Notes: generated by a model not told the origin, from the letters alone. A DNA stretch of 32,000 nucleotides from Cupriavidus necator (GCF_016127575.1 NZ_CP066019.1:2130001-2162000); one strand, 5' to 3'. Shown: positions 1 to 9,569, numbered from the stretch's first letter. Made by a program: numbers and translations.

Positions 1-528
1 GGCTTCGTGCTGGTGAAGAAAGACGTGCTGGAAGCCAGCCAGGGCAACAGCCACTCGCTGGCGCTGGACCTGTACGACCAGTACGTCTACATGCAGAAGA
101 CCACGCAGTGGCGCTTCACGCCGCCCACGCACGTGGTGGCGGCGTTCCGCACCGCGCTCGACCAGTTCCTGGAAGAAGGCGGCCAGCCGGTGCGCGGCGC
201 GCGCTACCGCAGGAACTGCGACGCGCTGGTGCAGGGCATGGCCGCACTCGGCTTCCGCGCCTTCCTGCCGGCGGCGGTGCAGGCGCCGATCATCGTCACC
301 TTCCATGCGCCGGCCGACGCGCGCTATGACTTCAAGACCTTCTACGCCAGGGTGCGCGAGCGCGGCTACATCCTGTATCCGGGCAAGCTGACGCAGATGG
401 AGACCTTCCGCGTCGGGTGCATTGGTGCGATCGACGACAACGAGATGCGCAATGTGGTGACGGCGATTGGCGAGGTGCTGCGCGAGATGGGGATCAAGAT
501 GCAGGCGCCGCTGGCAGAAGCGGCTTGA
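1..528 (+). CDS. phnW: 2-aminoethylphosphonate--pyruvate aminotransferase, C-terminal fragment (5' end outside window)
   Basis: The frame is open from base 1; track ORF 7..528 merely begins at an internal GTG. Translation ...[26 protein letters not shown]... fits my recollection of the C-terminal small domain of PhnW/AGXT-type class V aminotransferases. The next gene is the DMT membrane protein that commonly accompanies phosphonate clusters. Recall-based, no search run. Confidence 0.7.
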   Translation, partial: GFVLVKKDVLEASQGNSHSLALDLYDQYVYMQKTTQWRFTPPTHVVAAFRTALDQFLEEGGQPVRGARYRRNCDALVQGMAALGFRAFLPAAVQAPIIVTFHAPADARYDFKTFYARVRERGYILYPGKLTQMETFRVGCIGAIDDNEMRNVVTAIGEVLREMGIKMQAPLAEAA

Positions 529-565
529 CCCCTTGAGCATCTTCACCTCACTCGCCTAGCAGCAG

Positions 566-597
566 GCTCCCCTCTCCCGCGAGCGGGAGAGGGGAGC
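566..597. repeat. REP-like GC-rich hairpin, copy 1 of 3 (GCTCCCCTCTCCCGC-GA-GCGGGAGAGGGGAGC followed by AAAC)
   Basis: Perfect 15-nt inverted arms read directly from the sequence. Near-identical copies lie at 9613-9642 and 24984-25015. This copy is about 40 nt 3' of the phnW stop. Confidence 0.85.
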
Positions 598-626
598 AAA
601 CCATCGGTTCGCAAACTCAACCCTTC

Positions 627-1478
627 ATGCCCCTCCCCCCAGACTTTCACGGCCTCGCCTTTGCCGCCGTGATGCTGTCCGCGCTGATGCACGCGTCGTG
701 GAACGCCATCGTCAAGATCGGCGGCGACCGCTTGTCGTCGATGGCTCTGATCGACACCTTCTGCCTGCTGGTGGCCTTGCCCTTCCTGTTCCTGGTGCCC
801 CTGCCCGCGCCGCAGGTGTGGCCCTTCCTGCTGGCCACAGTGGCGCTGGAAGTCGGCTACAAGCTGTCGCTGGTGGCTGCCTACAACCGTGGTGACTTCA
901 GCCAGGCCTATCCGCTGATGCGCGGCTCGGCGCCGATGATGGTGGCGATCCTGCTGCTGCTGGCCGGCAGCGAACGGCTGGGGCCAGGCGGCTATGCCGG
1001 CATCGCGCTGATCTGCTGCGGGCTGGTCAGCCTGGTGCGCTGGCGCCGGCAATCGCCCGACCTGCTCGGCTTTGCGCTGCTGGCCGGGGCCTGCCTGGCG
1101 GCCGGCACCGTGATCGACGGCACCGCGGTCAAGCGCTACGGCGAGGTCTTCACCTACATCGTCTGGCTGCAGGCGATGTCGCACATCTTCATGCCGACCT
1201 ACGCCTTCAGCCGGCGCGGCAACGCGCTGGTCACGCTGATGCGCACGGAATGGAAGCGCGCGTGGATCGGCGGCATCAACCGGGTGGGCTCGTATGCGCT
1301 GATGCTGTGGGCGATGACCATGGCGCCCGTGACCAAGCTGGCTGCGCTGCGTGAATCGAGCGTGATCTTTGCCGCGCTGCTGGGCCACTTCCTGCTGCGC
1401 GAGCCCTTCGACCGGCGGCGGCTGATTGCGACCGCGCTGGTCCTGGCGGGGATCCTGACACTGCAACTGGCGCGCTGA
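627..1478 (+). CDS. DMT-superfamily (EamA-like) integral membrane protein, phosphonate-cluster-associated type
   Basis: 283 aa, about 10 hydrophobic segments, two-fold EamA-like organisation, high GC3. Sits directly after phnW on the same strand. Confidence 0.8.
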   Translation: MPLPPDFHGLAFAAVMLSALMHASWNAIVKIGGDRLSSMALIDTFCLLVALPFLFLVPLPAPQVWPFLLATVALEVGYKLSLVAAYNRGDFSQAYPLMRGSAPMMVAILLLLAGSERLGPGGYAGIALICCGLVSLVRWRRQSPDLLGFALLAGACLAAGTVIDGTAVKRYGEVFTYIVWLQAMSHIFMPTYAFSRRGNALVTLMRTEWKRAWIGGINRVGSYALMLWAMTMAPVTKLAALRESSVIFAALLGHFLLREPFDRRRLIATALVLAGILTLQLAR

Positions 1479-1511
1479 TCCGTCGACGTATGTTGCATTT
1501 TGTGTTGTTTG

Positions 1512-1548
1512 TTGGCGTTTTTTTGCATAACATGGCAGGCAACGCCAA
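1512..1548. promoter_or_regulatory. Inverted repeat TTGGCGTT-N21-AACGCCAA inside the only AT-rich patch upstream of the oxidoreductase gene (candidate operator or 5' leader hairpin)
   Basis: 8-bp arms read directly. They are embedded in ...TTGCATTTTGTGTTGTTTGTTGGCGTTTTTTTGCATAAC..., 28 nt before the ATG at 1576. Confidence 0.25.
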
Positions 1549-1575
1549 ACCCTTTCCTGCCGAGGTTTTCCCGCC

Positions 1576-4071
1576 ATGTCCCCTGTCATCCCATCCCACT
1601 CCCGCGTCGTCATCATCGGCGGCGGCATCATCGGTTGCAGCGTCGCCTATCACCTGACCAAGCTCGGCTGGAAGGATGTGGTCCTGCTGGAACAGGGACA
1701 ACTGTCCTGCGGCACCACCTGGCACGCGGCCGGGCTGGTCGGGCAACTGCGCTCGCAGGAAAGCATGACGAAACTGATCCGCTACTCCACCCAGCTGTAC
1801 AGCGAACTGGAAGCGGAAACGGGCCTCGGCACCGGCTGGAAGCAATGCGGCTCGCTGTCGGTCGCGCGCACCGCGGAACGCATGACGCAACTGCGCCGCA
1901 CCGCGGCGGTGGCGCGGGCCTATGGCGTGGATTGCGAGGTGATCTCGCCCGCCCAGGCCGGCGAACTATGGCCGGTGATGCGCACTGACGACCTGCTTGG
2001 GGCGGTCTGGCTGCCGGGCGACGGCAAGGCCAACCCGACTGACCTGACCCAGGCGCTGGCGCGCGGCGCGCGCAGCCGCGGTGCGGTCATCGCGCAGGAT
2101 ACGAAGATCACCGCGATCCATACCCGCGATGGCCGCGCCACCGGCGTGAGCTGGCGCAACAAGGCCGGCGACGAAGGCCGCATCGAGGCGGAGATCGTCG
2201 TCAACTGCGCCGGCCAGTGGGCGCGCCAGGTCGGGCAGATGTGCGGCGTGACCGTGCCGCTGCACTCGGCCGAGCACTATTACATCGTCACCGAGCGCAT
2301 TGCCGGCGTGCATCCTGACCTGCCGGTGATGCGCGACCCGGACGGCTTCATCTACTTCAAGGAAGAAGTGGGCGGGCTGGTGATGGGCGGCTTCGAGCCC
2401 AATGCCAAGCCGTGGGGCATGCAGGGCATTCCTGAGCCGTTCGAGTTCCAGTTGCTGCCTGATGACTGGGATCAGTTCGAGATCCTGATGGAGAACGCGC
2501 TGATCCGCGTTCCGGCACTGGAGTCGGCGCAGGTCAAGCAGTTCTACAATGGGCCCGAGTCCTTCACGCCGGACAACAACTTCATCCTCGGCGAAGCGCC
2601 CGAGCTGCGCAATTTCTACGTGGGCGCGGGCTTCAACTCAATGGGGATCGCGTCTGCCGGCGGCGCCGGCATGGCACTGGCGGAATGGATCGTCGCGGGC
2701 GACCCGACCATGGACCTGTGGCCGGTCGATATCCGCCGCTTTGCCGGCTTCAACGGCAACCAAAGCTGGCTGCACGACCGCGTCAGGGAAACGCTGGGCC
2801 TGCACTACGCGATGCCCTGGCCCAACCGGGAACTGGATACGGCGCGGCCGTTCCGGCGCTCGCCGCTCTATGCCCACCTGCACGCTGCCGGCGCCAATTT
2901 CGGCAGCAAGATGGGCTGGGAGCGGCCAAACTTCTTCGCGCCTGCCGGACAATCGCCCGAGATCCGCTACTCGTTCGGGCAACAGAACTGGCTGCCGTGG
3001 AGCGGCGCGGAACACCGCGCCTGCCGCGAGGCGGTGGCGCTGTTCGACATGAGTTCGTTCTCCAAGTACATCGTCAAGGGTGCCGATGCCGAGGCCGTGC
3101 TGCAATACGTGATGAGCAACGACGTGGCCGTGCCGCCGGGGCAGACCGTGTACACCGCCATGCTCAACGATCGCGGCACCTATGAATCCGACCTGACCGT
3201 GACGCGGCTGGCGCACGACCAGTACCTGCTGGTGACCGGCTCGGCGCAGACCACGCGCGACTTCAACTATATCGAGCGCCTGATTCCGGCCGACAAGCGC
3301 TGCGCGATTGTCGATGTCACCGGGCAGTACGCCGTGCTGGCGGTGATGGGCCCGCGCTCGCGCGAGCTGCTGCAGAGCGTGTCGCGCACCGATTTTTCCA
3401 ATCAGGCGTTCCCGTTCGGCACCTCGAAAGAGATCGATCTCGGCTATGCCACGGTGCGCGCCACACGCCTGACCTATGTGGGCGAACTGGGCTGGGAGCT
3501 GTATGTCCCGGTGGAATTCGCCGTGGGCGTCCATGACACTTTGCACGAGGCCGGGAAACGCTTCGGACTGGTCAACGCCGGCTACTACGCCATCGAATCG
3601 CTGCGTATAGAGAAGGGCTACCGCGCCTGGAGCCGCGAACTGACCACCGACATCCATCCGTTCGAGGCCGGGCTGTCGTTTGCCTGCAAGCTGAACACGG
3701 ACATCCCGTTCCGCGGGCGCGAAGCGCTGCTCAAGCTGCGCGCTGCCGGCGGTGCCGCGCAGGTGCGGCGGCGCGTTGCCGTGGTCACGCTGGACGGCGC
3801 CAGCGAGGCCATGCTCTGGGGCGGCGAGGCGATCCTGCGCACCGCCCCGGACGGCACCGTGCGCCCGGCCGGCTTCGTCACGTCGGCCGCGTTCGGCCAC
3901 ACCCTTGGCTGTCCAGTGGGCATGGGCTTGCTGGCACGCGCCGATGGTCCGGCCGACGCGGCATGGATCGAGGGCGGCAAGTATCACGTAGACCTGGCCG
4001 GGGAACTGCTGCCCGCGCGCATCCACCTGCGCGCGCCGTACGATCCGGCCAGCGAGCGGACCAAGGCCTGA
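1576..4071 (+). CDS. FAD-dependent amine oxidoreductase fused to a GcvT-like folate-binding domain (dimethylglycine/sarcosine dehydrogenase or dimethylglycine oxidase family)
   Basis: 831 aa. N-terminal dinucleotide fold VVIIGGGIIGCSVAYHL, a DAO-type domain, and a C-terminal aminomethyltransferase-like region (...YAIESLRIEKGYRAW...). Size and architecture match the roughly 830-aa DMGO/DMGDH family. Confidence 0.85.
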   Translation: MSPVIPSHSRVVIIGGGIIGCSVAYHLTKLGWKDVVLLEQGQLSCGTTWHAAGLVGQLRSQESMTKLIRYSTQLYSELEAETGLGTGWKQCGSLSVARTAERMTQLRRTAAVARAYGVDCEVISPAQAGELWPVMRTDDLLGAVWLPGDGKANPTDLTQALARGARSRGAVIAQDTKITAIHTRDGRATGVSWRNKAGDEGRIEAEIVVNCAGQWARQVGQMCGVTVPLHSAEHYYIVTERIAGVHPDLPVMRDPDGFIYFKEEVGGLVMGGFEPNAKPWGMQGIPEPFEFQLLPDDWDQFEILMENALIRVPALESAQVKQFYNGPESFTPDNNFILGEAPELRNFYVGAGFNSMGIASAGGAGMALAEWIVAGDPTMDLWPVDIRRFAGFNGNQSWLHDRVRETLGLHYAMPWPNRELDTARPFRRSPLYAHLHAAGANFGSKMGWERPNFFAPAGQSPEIRYSFGQQNWLPWSGAEHRACREAVALFDMSSFSKYIVKGADAEAVLQYVMSNDVAVPPGQTVYTAMLNDRGTYESDLTVTRLAHDQYLLVTGSAQTTRDFNYIERLIPADKRCAIVDVTGQYAVLAVMGPRSRELLQSVSRTDFSNQAFPFGTSKEIDLGYATVRATRLTYVGELGWELYVPVEFAVGVHDTLHEAGKRFGLVNAGYYAIESLRIEKGYRAWSRELTTDIHPFEAGLSFACKLNTDIPFRGREALLKLRAAGGAAQVRRRVAVVTLDGASEAMLWGGEAILRTAPDGTVRPAGFVTSAAFGHTLGCPVGMGLLARADGPADAAWIEGGKYHVDLAGELLPARIHLRAPYDPASERTKA

Positions 4072-4101
4072 ACCTCGATGCAAGCGGATACCGGAGTGCC
4101 C

Positions 4102-4998
4102 ATGCCAGTGATCCAGACCGAAACCGCCAGCTACATCCTGACGCTGTCATGCCCCGACCGTCCCGGCATTGTCCATGCCGTTTCAGCGCTGCTGGTGGAA
4201 GCCGGCGCCAATATCGTCGATTCCGCGCAGTTCGGCGATCGCGACAGCGCACGGTTTTTCATGCGCGTGCACTTCCAGCGGCCGCTGCCCGAAGGCCAGG
4301 ATGCCGGCGATGCGCTCGCTGCCCTGCGCAGCACGCTGGCAGGCGTGGCGGCCGCGCATGAGATGGACTGGTCCCTCCACGACGCCGCGCGCAAGCCGCG
4401 CGTGATGCTGATGGTGTCAAGGATCGGCCACTGCCTGAACGACCTGCTGTTCCGCTACCGCACCGGCCAGCTGCCCATCGAGATTCCGGCCATCGTCTCC
4501 AACCACAAGGACTTCTACCAGCTTGCGGCGAGCTACGACATCCCGTTCCATCACCTGCCCCTGCTCAATGCCACGCCGCAAGGCAAGGCCGCGCAAGAAG
4601 CGCGGCTGTGGGACCTGGTCTGCGACTACAGCATCGACCTGGTCGTCCTGGCCCGTTACATGCAGGTCTTGTCCGACGACCTGTGCCGCCGCCTGGAGGG
4701 CCGCGCCATCAACATCCATCATTCCTTCCTGCCCAGCTTCAAGGGCGCGCGCCCGTACGCGCAAGCCTATGAGCGCGGCGTCAAGCTGATCGGCGCCACA
4801 GCGCACTACGTGACCGGCGACCTCGACGAAGGCCCCATCATCGAACAGGAAGTCGCGCGCGTGGACCATGCCATGGACGCCGCACAGCTGACCGCCATCG
4901 GACGCGACGTGGAATGCGTGGCGCTGGCGCGTGCGGTGAAATGGCATGCGGAACATCGGGTCCTGCGCAACGGCGGCAGGACCCTGGTGTTCCGCTGA
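4102..4998 (+). CDS. purU: formyltetrahydrofolate deformylase
   Basis: N-terminal ACT-like segment (YILTLSCPDRPGIVHAVS) plus a formyltransferase core (...INIHHSFLPSFKGARPY...). I prefer the ATG at 4102 (GGAG at 4093-4096) over the track start at 4078. Confidence 0.85.
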   Translation: MPVIQTETASYILTLSCPDRPGIVHAVSALLVEAGANIVDSAQFGDRDSARFFMRVHFQRPLPEGQDAGDALAALRSTLAGVAAAHEMDWSLHDAARKPRVMLMVSRIGHCLNDLLFRYRTGQLPIEIPAIVSNHKDFYQLAASYDIPFHHLPLLNATPQGKAAQEARLWDLVCDYSIDLVVLARYMQVLSDDLCRRLEGRAINIHHSFLPSFKGARPYAQAYERGVKLIGATAHYVTGDLDEGPIIEQEVARVDHAMDAAQLTAIGRDVECVALARAVKWHAEHRVLRNGGRTLVFR

Positions 4999-4999
4999 C

Positions 5000-5016
5000 G
5001 CGGCAGCCTTTGCCGC
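5000..5016. terminator. Small hairpin GCGGCA-gcctt-TGCCGC filling the 22-nt gap between convergent purU and the MocR gene
   Basis: 6-bp stem read directly. There is no clear U-tract, so function as a terminator is uncertain. Confidence 0.25.
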
Positions 5017-5020
5017 AGCT

Positions 5021-6346
5021 TCAGCCGGCCACCGCCCGCCGGACCTTGCGCAACGCCTGCTCCAGCGCATCCATGGAAATCGACCCGAGCGCCAGCCGCA
5101 GCGCATGCGGCACGCTCGCGCCGACCGCGAACGGCTCGGCCGTCGTCACCAGCACACCCTCGTGCTCCAGGGCGGCCACGACCTGGTCGGCGCGCAGGTC
5201 CTCCTCGAGTTCGAGCCACAGGTAGTATGAAGACGGGTGCGCCGTGACGCGGCAGCCGCGCAGGATGCGCCGCGCCAGGCTCTGCCTGCGCCGGGCATCC
5301 TTGCGCTTGCGATCTTCCAGGTCATCGACGATGCCGGCTTCGATCCAGAGGCAGCCGAGCGCCACGGTCAGCGACGGCGTGTTCCAGGTTGACACGCGAA
5401 TGGCGCGTTCCAGGGCCGGCACCAGCGGCGCGGGCGCCGCGACAAACCCCATCCTCAGTCCCGATGCCACGCTCTTCGACAGGCCCGAGACGTAGACGGT
5501 CCGCTCTGGCGCGAAGGTGAACACCGGTTTCGGCGCCGGTTCGGCAAGGAAGGCGTAGGCGCCATCTTCAATGATCAGCAGATCATGCCGTTGCGCCAGG
5601 GCCGCAAGGCGACCGCGGTCCGCCTCGCTCATGACATAGCCCAGCGGATTGTGCATGGTCGGCATGGTGTAGACCGCCCGCACCGGACGCCGCTTGCAGA
5701 GCGCGGCAAGGCGATCCAGGTCCAGGCCCGCGGCGGTCACCGGCAACGGCTCCAGGTCGAGCCGATACAACTGCGCCAGCGCCTTCATGCCCGGGTACGT
5801 CAGCGCGTCAACCGCCAAGACGTCGCCGGGATTGAGCAGCCCCATCACCGTCACCGCCAGGCCCTGCTGCGCGCCGTTGACGATCAGCACCTGGCTGCCC
5901 GGCACCCGGACACCGCGGTTGCGCAGGTGCCGGGCGACGGCCTGCCGTTCGTGCGGGCGCCCGCCCTGCGGCGCGGAATGCAGCAACGCGTCAAGGTCGC
6001 CCGAAGCCGCGATGCTGCGCAAGCCATCGCGCAACAGTTCAACCTGCCCGGGCAGCGACGGATAGTTGAAAGTCAGGTCCACCGCGCCGGCGCGCACCGG
6101 ATGCTGCTCCAGCCCCAGGCCACGCGGCAGCGAGGTATCGCGCACGAACGTGCCCCGGCCGGTCTCGCCGACCACCAGGCCGACGGCCTCCAGCTCGACG
6201 TAGACGCGTGCCGCGGTCGCCAGCGCCACGCCGTACTGCTTCATCAGCGCACGCACCGTCGGCAGTTGCGTGCCCGGAGGCAGTTCGCCGCGATGAATGC
6301 GCGCGGCAATCTCGTCAACAATGGTTTTGTAGCGCGCGTGGGCCAT
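5021..6346 (-). CDS. MocR/GabR-type regulator (GntR winged-helix domain fused to a fold-type I aminotransferase-like domain)
   Basis: 441 aa. N-terminal ...LPTVRALMKQYGVALATAARVYVELEAVGLVVGETGRGTFV... is a GntR HTH. The remainder is aminotransferase-like, including ...VYVSGLSKSVASGLRMGF.... Confidence 0.85.
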   Translation of the reverse strand: MAHARYKTIVDEIAARIHRGELPPGTQLPTVRALMKQYGVALATAARVYVELEAVGLVVGETGRGTFVRDTSLPRGLGLEQHPVRAGAVDLTFNYPSLPGQVELLRDGLRSIAASGDLDALLHSAPQGGRPHERQAVARHLRNRGVRVPGSQVLIVNGAQQGLAVTVMGLLNPGDVLAVDALTYPGMKALAQLYRLDLEPLPVTAAGLDLDRLAALCKRRPVRAVYTMPTMHNPLGYVMSEADRGRLAALAQRHDLLIIEDGAYAFLAEPAPKPVFTFAPERTVYVSGLSKSVASGLRMGFVAAPAPLVPALERAIRVSTWNTPSLTVALGCLWIEAGIVDDLEDRKRKDARRRQSLARRILRGCRVTAHPSSYYLWLELEEDLRADQVVAALEHEGVLVTTAEPFAVGASVPHALRLALGSISMDALEQALRKVRRAVAG

Positions 6347-6379
6347 GCTTTGTATCTAGAACAATGCTTTGCGTGTATC
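6345..6379. promoter_or_regulatory. Direct repeat ATGCTTTG(0 or 2 nt)TGTATC x2 in the MocR/LysE divergent promoter; candidate MocR operator
   Basis: ATGCTTTGTATC at 6345-6356 overlaps the MocR start codon. ATGCTTTGcgTGTATC lies at 6364-6379. Both read directly. MocR-family dimers are known to bind spaced repeats. Confidence 0.35.
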
Positions 6380-6430
6380 AGGCCAGAAGAATAGCCTGCA
6401 TGCCTAGTCAACGCTAACCATTTCCTGCAC

Positions 6431-7060
6431 ATGATTGCCCTGACCACCCTGTCGGTCTTCGCGGCGGCAGTGATGCTGCTGCTCCTGTCACCCGGCCCGA
6501 ACATGGCCTTCGTGATGGCACATGGCATCACCTATGGCCTTCGGGGCGGCGTTGCGACGGCACTGGGGATTGCCGTGGCCGACCTGATCCTCACGGTCCT
6601 GACAGCCACCGGCATCACCGCCCTGGTGATGGCGTGGGCGCCGGCGTTCGACCTGATCCGCTATGCCGGCGCGGCCTATCTGCTGTGGATGGCGGTCAAG
6701 GCGCTGCGGCAGCCGCTTGCGCTGAAAGAGGCAGTGGTGACGCAGGCGTCGTTGCGCTCGGTGTTCGTGCGCGCCATGCTCAACAGCCTGCTCAATCCCA
6801 AGGCGCTGCTGTTCTTCATGGTCTTCCTGCCGCAGTTCGTGGATCCCGGCAAGGGCGGCGTGGCCCGGCAGCTGCTCGTGCTTGGCCTGGTCCTGACGGT
6901 GATCGCCACCGTGTTTCACGCATTGCTCGGCGCGGCTGGCGGCACCGTGCGCCGCTTCCTGTCACGCCATCCCAAGGCGGCAACACTGCAGTCGCGCGGC
7001 CTGGCAGCCGTGCTGGTGCTGCTGGCGCTGCGGGTGGTGCTGACCTCACGCCCGGCCTGA
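6431..7060 (+). CDS. LysE/RhtB-family amino-acid exporter
   Basis: 209 aa, six hydrophobic segments, N-terminal ...LLLLSPGPNMAFV... typical of the family. Divergent from a MocR regulator. Confidence 0.85.
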   Translation: MIALTTLSVFAAAVMLLLLSPGPNMAFVMAHGITYGLRGGVATALGIAVADLILTVLTATGITALVMAWAPAFDLIRYAGAAYLLWMAVKALRQPLALKEAVVTQASLRSVFVRAMLNSLLNPKALLFFMVFLPQFVDPGKGGVARQLLVLGLVLTVIATVFHALLGAAGGTVRRFLSRHPKAATLQSRGLAAVLVLLALRVVLTSRPA

Positions 7061-7085
7061 ACCCGTTTCCCACGCAGAGCCCCTG

Positions 7086-7424
7086 ATGTATATCGCAGCC
7101 TTTATTTACCGGCCCGGCCAGGCCGATGACGAGTTCCACCGCCTTAGCGCCCTGATCGACGAGATCGCCGCCGGCATACCCGGCTTTGTCGGTGCCGAGT
7201 CCTGGCGCTCGCCAGATGGCCAGTTGTCCAACGCCAGCTACTACTGGCGCGACAAGGACTCCCTGCAGGCCTTCGCCACCCACCCGCGGCACCTGGACGC
7301 CAAGCGCCAGTACCGCAAGTGGTATGACGGCTATCACGTGGTGATATCCGAAGTGCAGCGCGCCTATGGCGACGGTTCGCTCCGGCACTTCGTGCCCGAC
7401 AGCCGGCGCCAGCGGCAGGGGTAA
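7086..7424 (+). CDS. small ABM (antibiotic biosynthesis monooxygenase-like, ferredoxin-fold) domain protein
   Basis: 112 aa. ...GFVGAESWRSPDGQLSNASYYWRDKDSLQAFATHPRHLDAKR... resembles ABM/Dabb-fold proteins. High GC3. Starts 25 nt after the LysE gene. Confidence 0.55.
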   Translation: MYIAAFIYRPGQADDEFHRLSALIDEIAAGIPGFVGAESWRSPDGQLSNASYYWRDKDSLQAFATHPRHLDAKRQYRKWYDGYHVVISEVQRAYGDGSLRHFVPDSRRQRQG

Positions 7425-7432
7425 GCCCTGCC

Positions 7433-7459
7433 CCGGGTGTTCCATTCTGGAACACCCGG
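7433..7459. terminator. Perfect 12-bp inverted repeat CCGGGTGTTCCA-ttc-TGGAACACCCGG, 9 nt after the ABM stop (terminator hairpin or protein-binding palindrome)
   Basis: Arms verified base by base. No U-tract follows, so the terminator assignment is tentative. Confidence 0.35.
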
Positions 7460-7495
7460 TGTCACGCGCTGGCACAGCCGTGCCGGCGCGTGACA
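7460..7495. promoter_or_regulatory. 36-bp near-perfect palindrome TGTCACGCGCTGGCAC-agcc-GTGCCGGCGCGTGACA; candidate upstream activator sequence for the acoD sigma-54 promoter
   Basis: 15 of 16 arm positions pair (hand check). The centre lies about 85 bp upstream of the -24 GG, the usual distance for enhancer-binding-protein sites. Confidence 0.4.
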
Positions 7496-7560
7496 TCTCC
7501 CACCCGTGCCACGCGCACGCGCCCCCCGCTTTTCCCCGTTTTTTCGTTCGATTCACGCCC

Positions 7561-7575
7561 CGGCACAGCTCTTGC
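7561..7575 (+). promoter_or_regulatory. sigma-54 (-24/-12) promoter CGGCAC-AGCTC-TTGC upstream of acoD
   Basis: GG at 7562-7563 and GC at 7574-7575 with exactly 10 intervening nt. It lies 70 nt before the acoD ATG, and a sigma-54 activator gene is nearby. acoD of A. eutrophus is known to be RpoN-dependent (recall). Confidence 0.6.
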
Positions 7576-7644
7576 GATCTGCCTGCCGTGCGCACGGCCG
7601 GAATGCCGTGACGACACCACAGAAATCTCTGAACGGAGCGAGAC

Positions 7645-9165
<1,521 letters not shown>

Positions 9166-9167
9166 CC

Positions 9168-9569
9168 ATGGCGGGCCCGATGTCCGCTCCCGCCACCGCG
9201 CCGGTCGCACGCGTGGTGGCAACCCCGGCCGCGCTCGCGCTGATCGCGGAGCTGGCCGCGCGGCATGGCCCGCTGATGTTCCACCAGTCCGGCGGCTGCT
9301 GCGACGGCAGCGCGCCGATGTGCTACCCCGCCGGCGAACTGCTGGTGGGGCAGGCCGATGTCTGCCTGGGCGAGATCGGCGGCGCGCAGTTCTACATGAC
9401 GCGGGCGCAGTTCGAGTACTGGCAGCACACGCGGCTGGTGATCGATGTGGTGCCGGGGGCGGGCGGGATGTTCTCGCTGGAGGGACGGACGGGGAAGCGG
9501 TTCCTGACCCGGTCGGAGTTGTTCAGCGATGAAGAGGCCGCGTGGCTCGCGGCGCAGCCGGGGTTGTGA
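9168..9569 (+). CDS. DUF779-family protein (function unknown), translationally coupled to acoD
   Basis: The ATG at 9168 is 2 nt after the acoD TGA (9163-9165). The track start at 9006 would overlap acoD. 133 aa with ...FHQSGGCCDGSAPMCYP... typical of DUF779 proteins found after aldehyde dehydrogenase genes. Confidence 0.8.
   Translation: MAGPMSAPATAPVARVVATPAALALIAELAARHGPLMFHQSGGCCDGSAPMCYPAGELLVGQADVCLGEIGGAQFYMTRAQFEYWQHTRLVIDVVPGAGGMFSLEGRTGKRFLTRSELFSDEEAAWLAAQPGL

Noticed and set aside
1512-1526. Sigma-54-like TTGGCG-N-TTGCA upstream of the DMGDH-like gene.
   Set aside because: Only 9 nt separate the GG (1514-1515) from the GC (1525-1526). Sigma-54 promoters require 10, and no activator gene is adjacent.
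7470-7484. A TGGCAC hexamer inside the 36-bp palindrome that could be read as a second -24 element.
   Set aside because: No GC dinucleotide lies at the required 10-nt spacing; the nearest has 9 nt. The hexamer is better explained as part of the palindrome arms.
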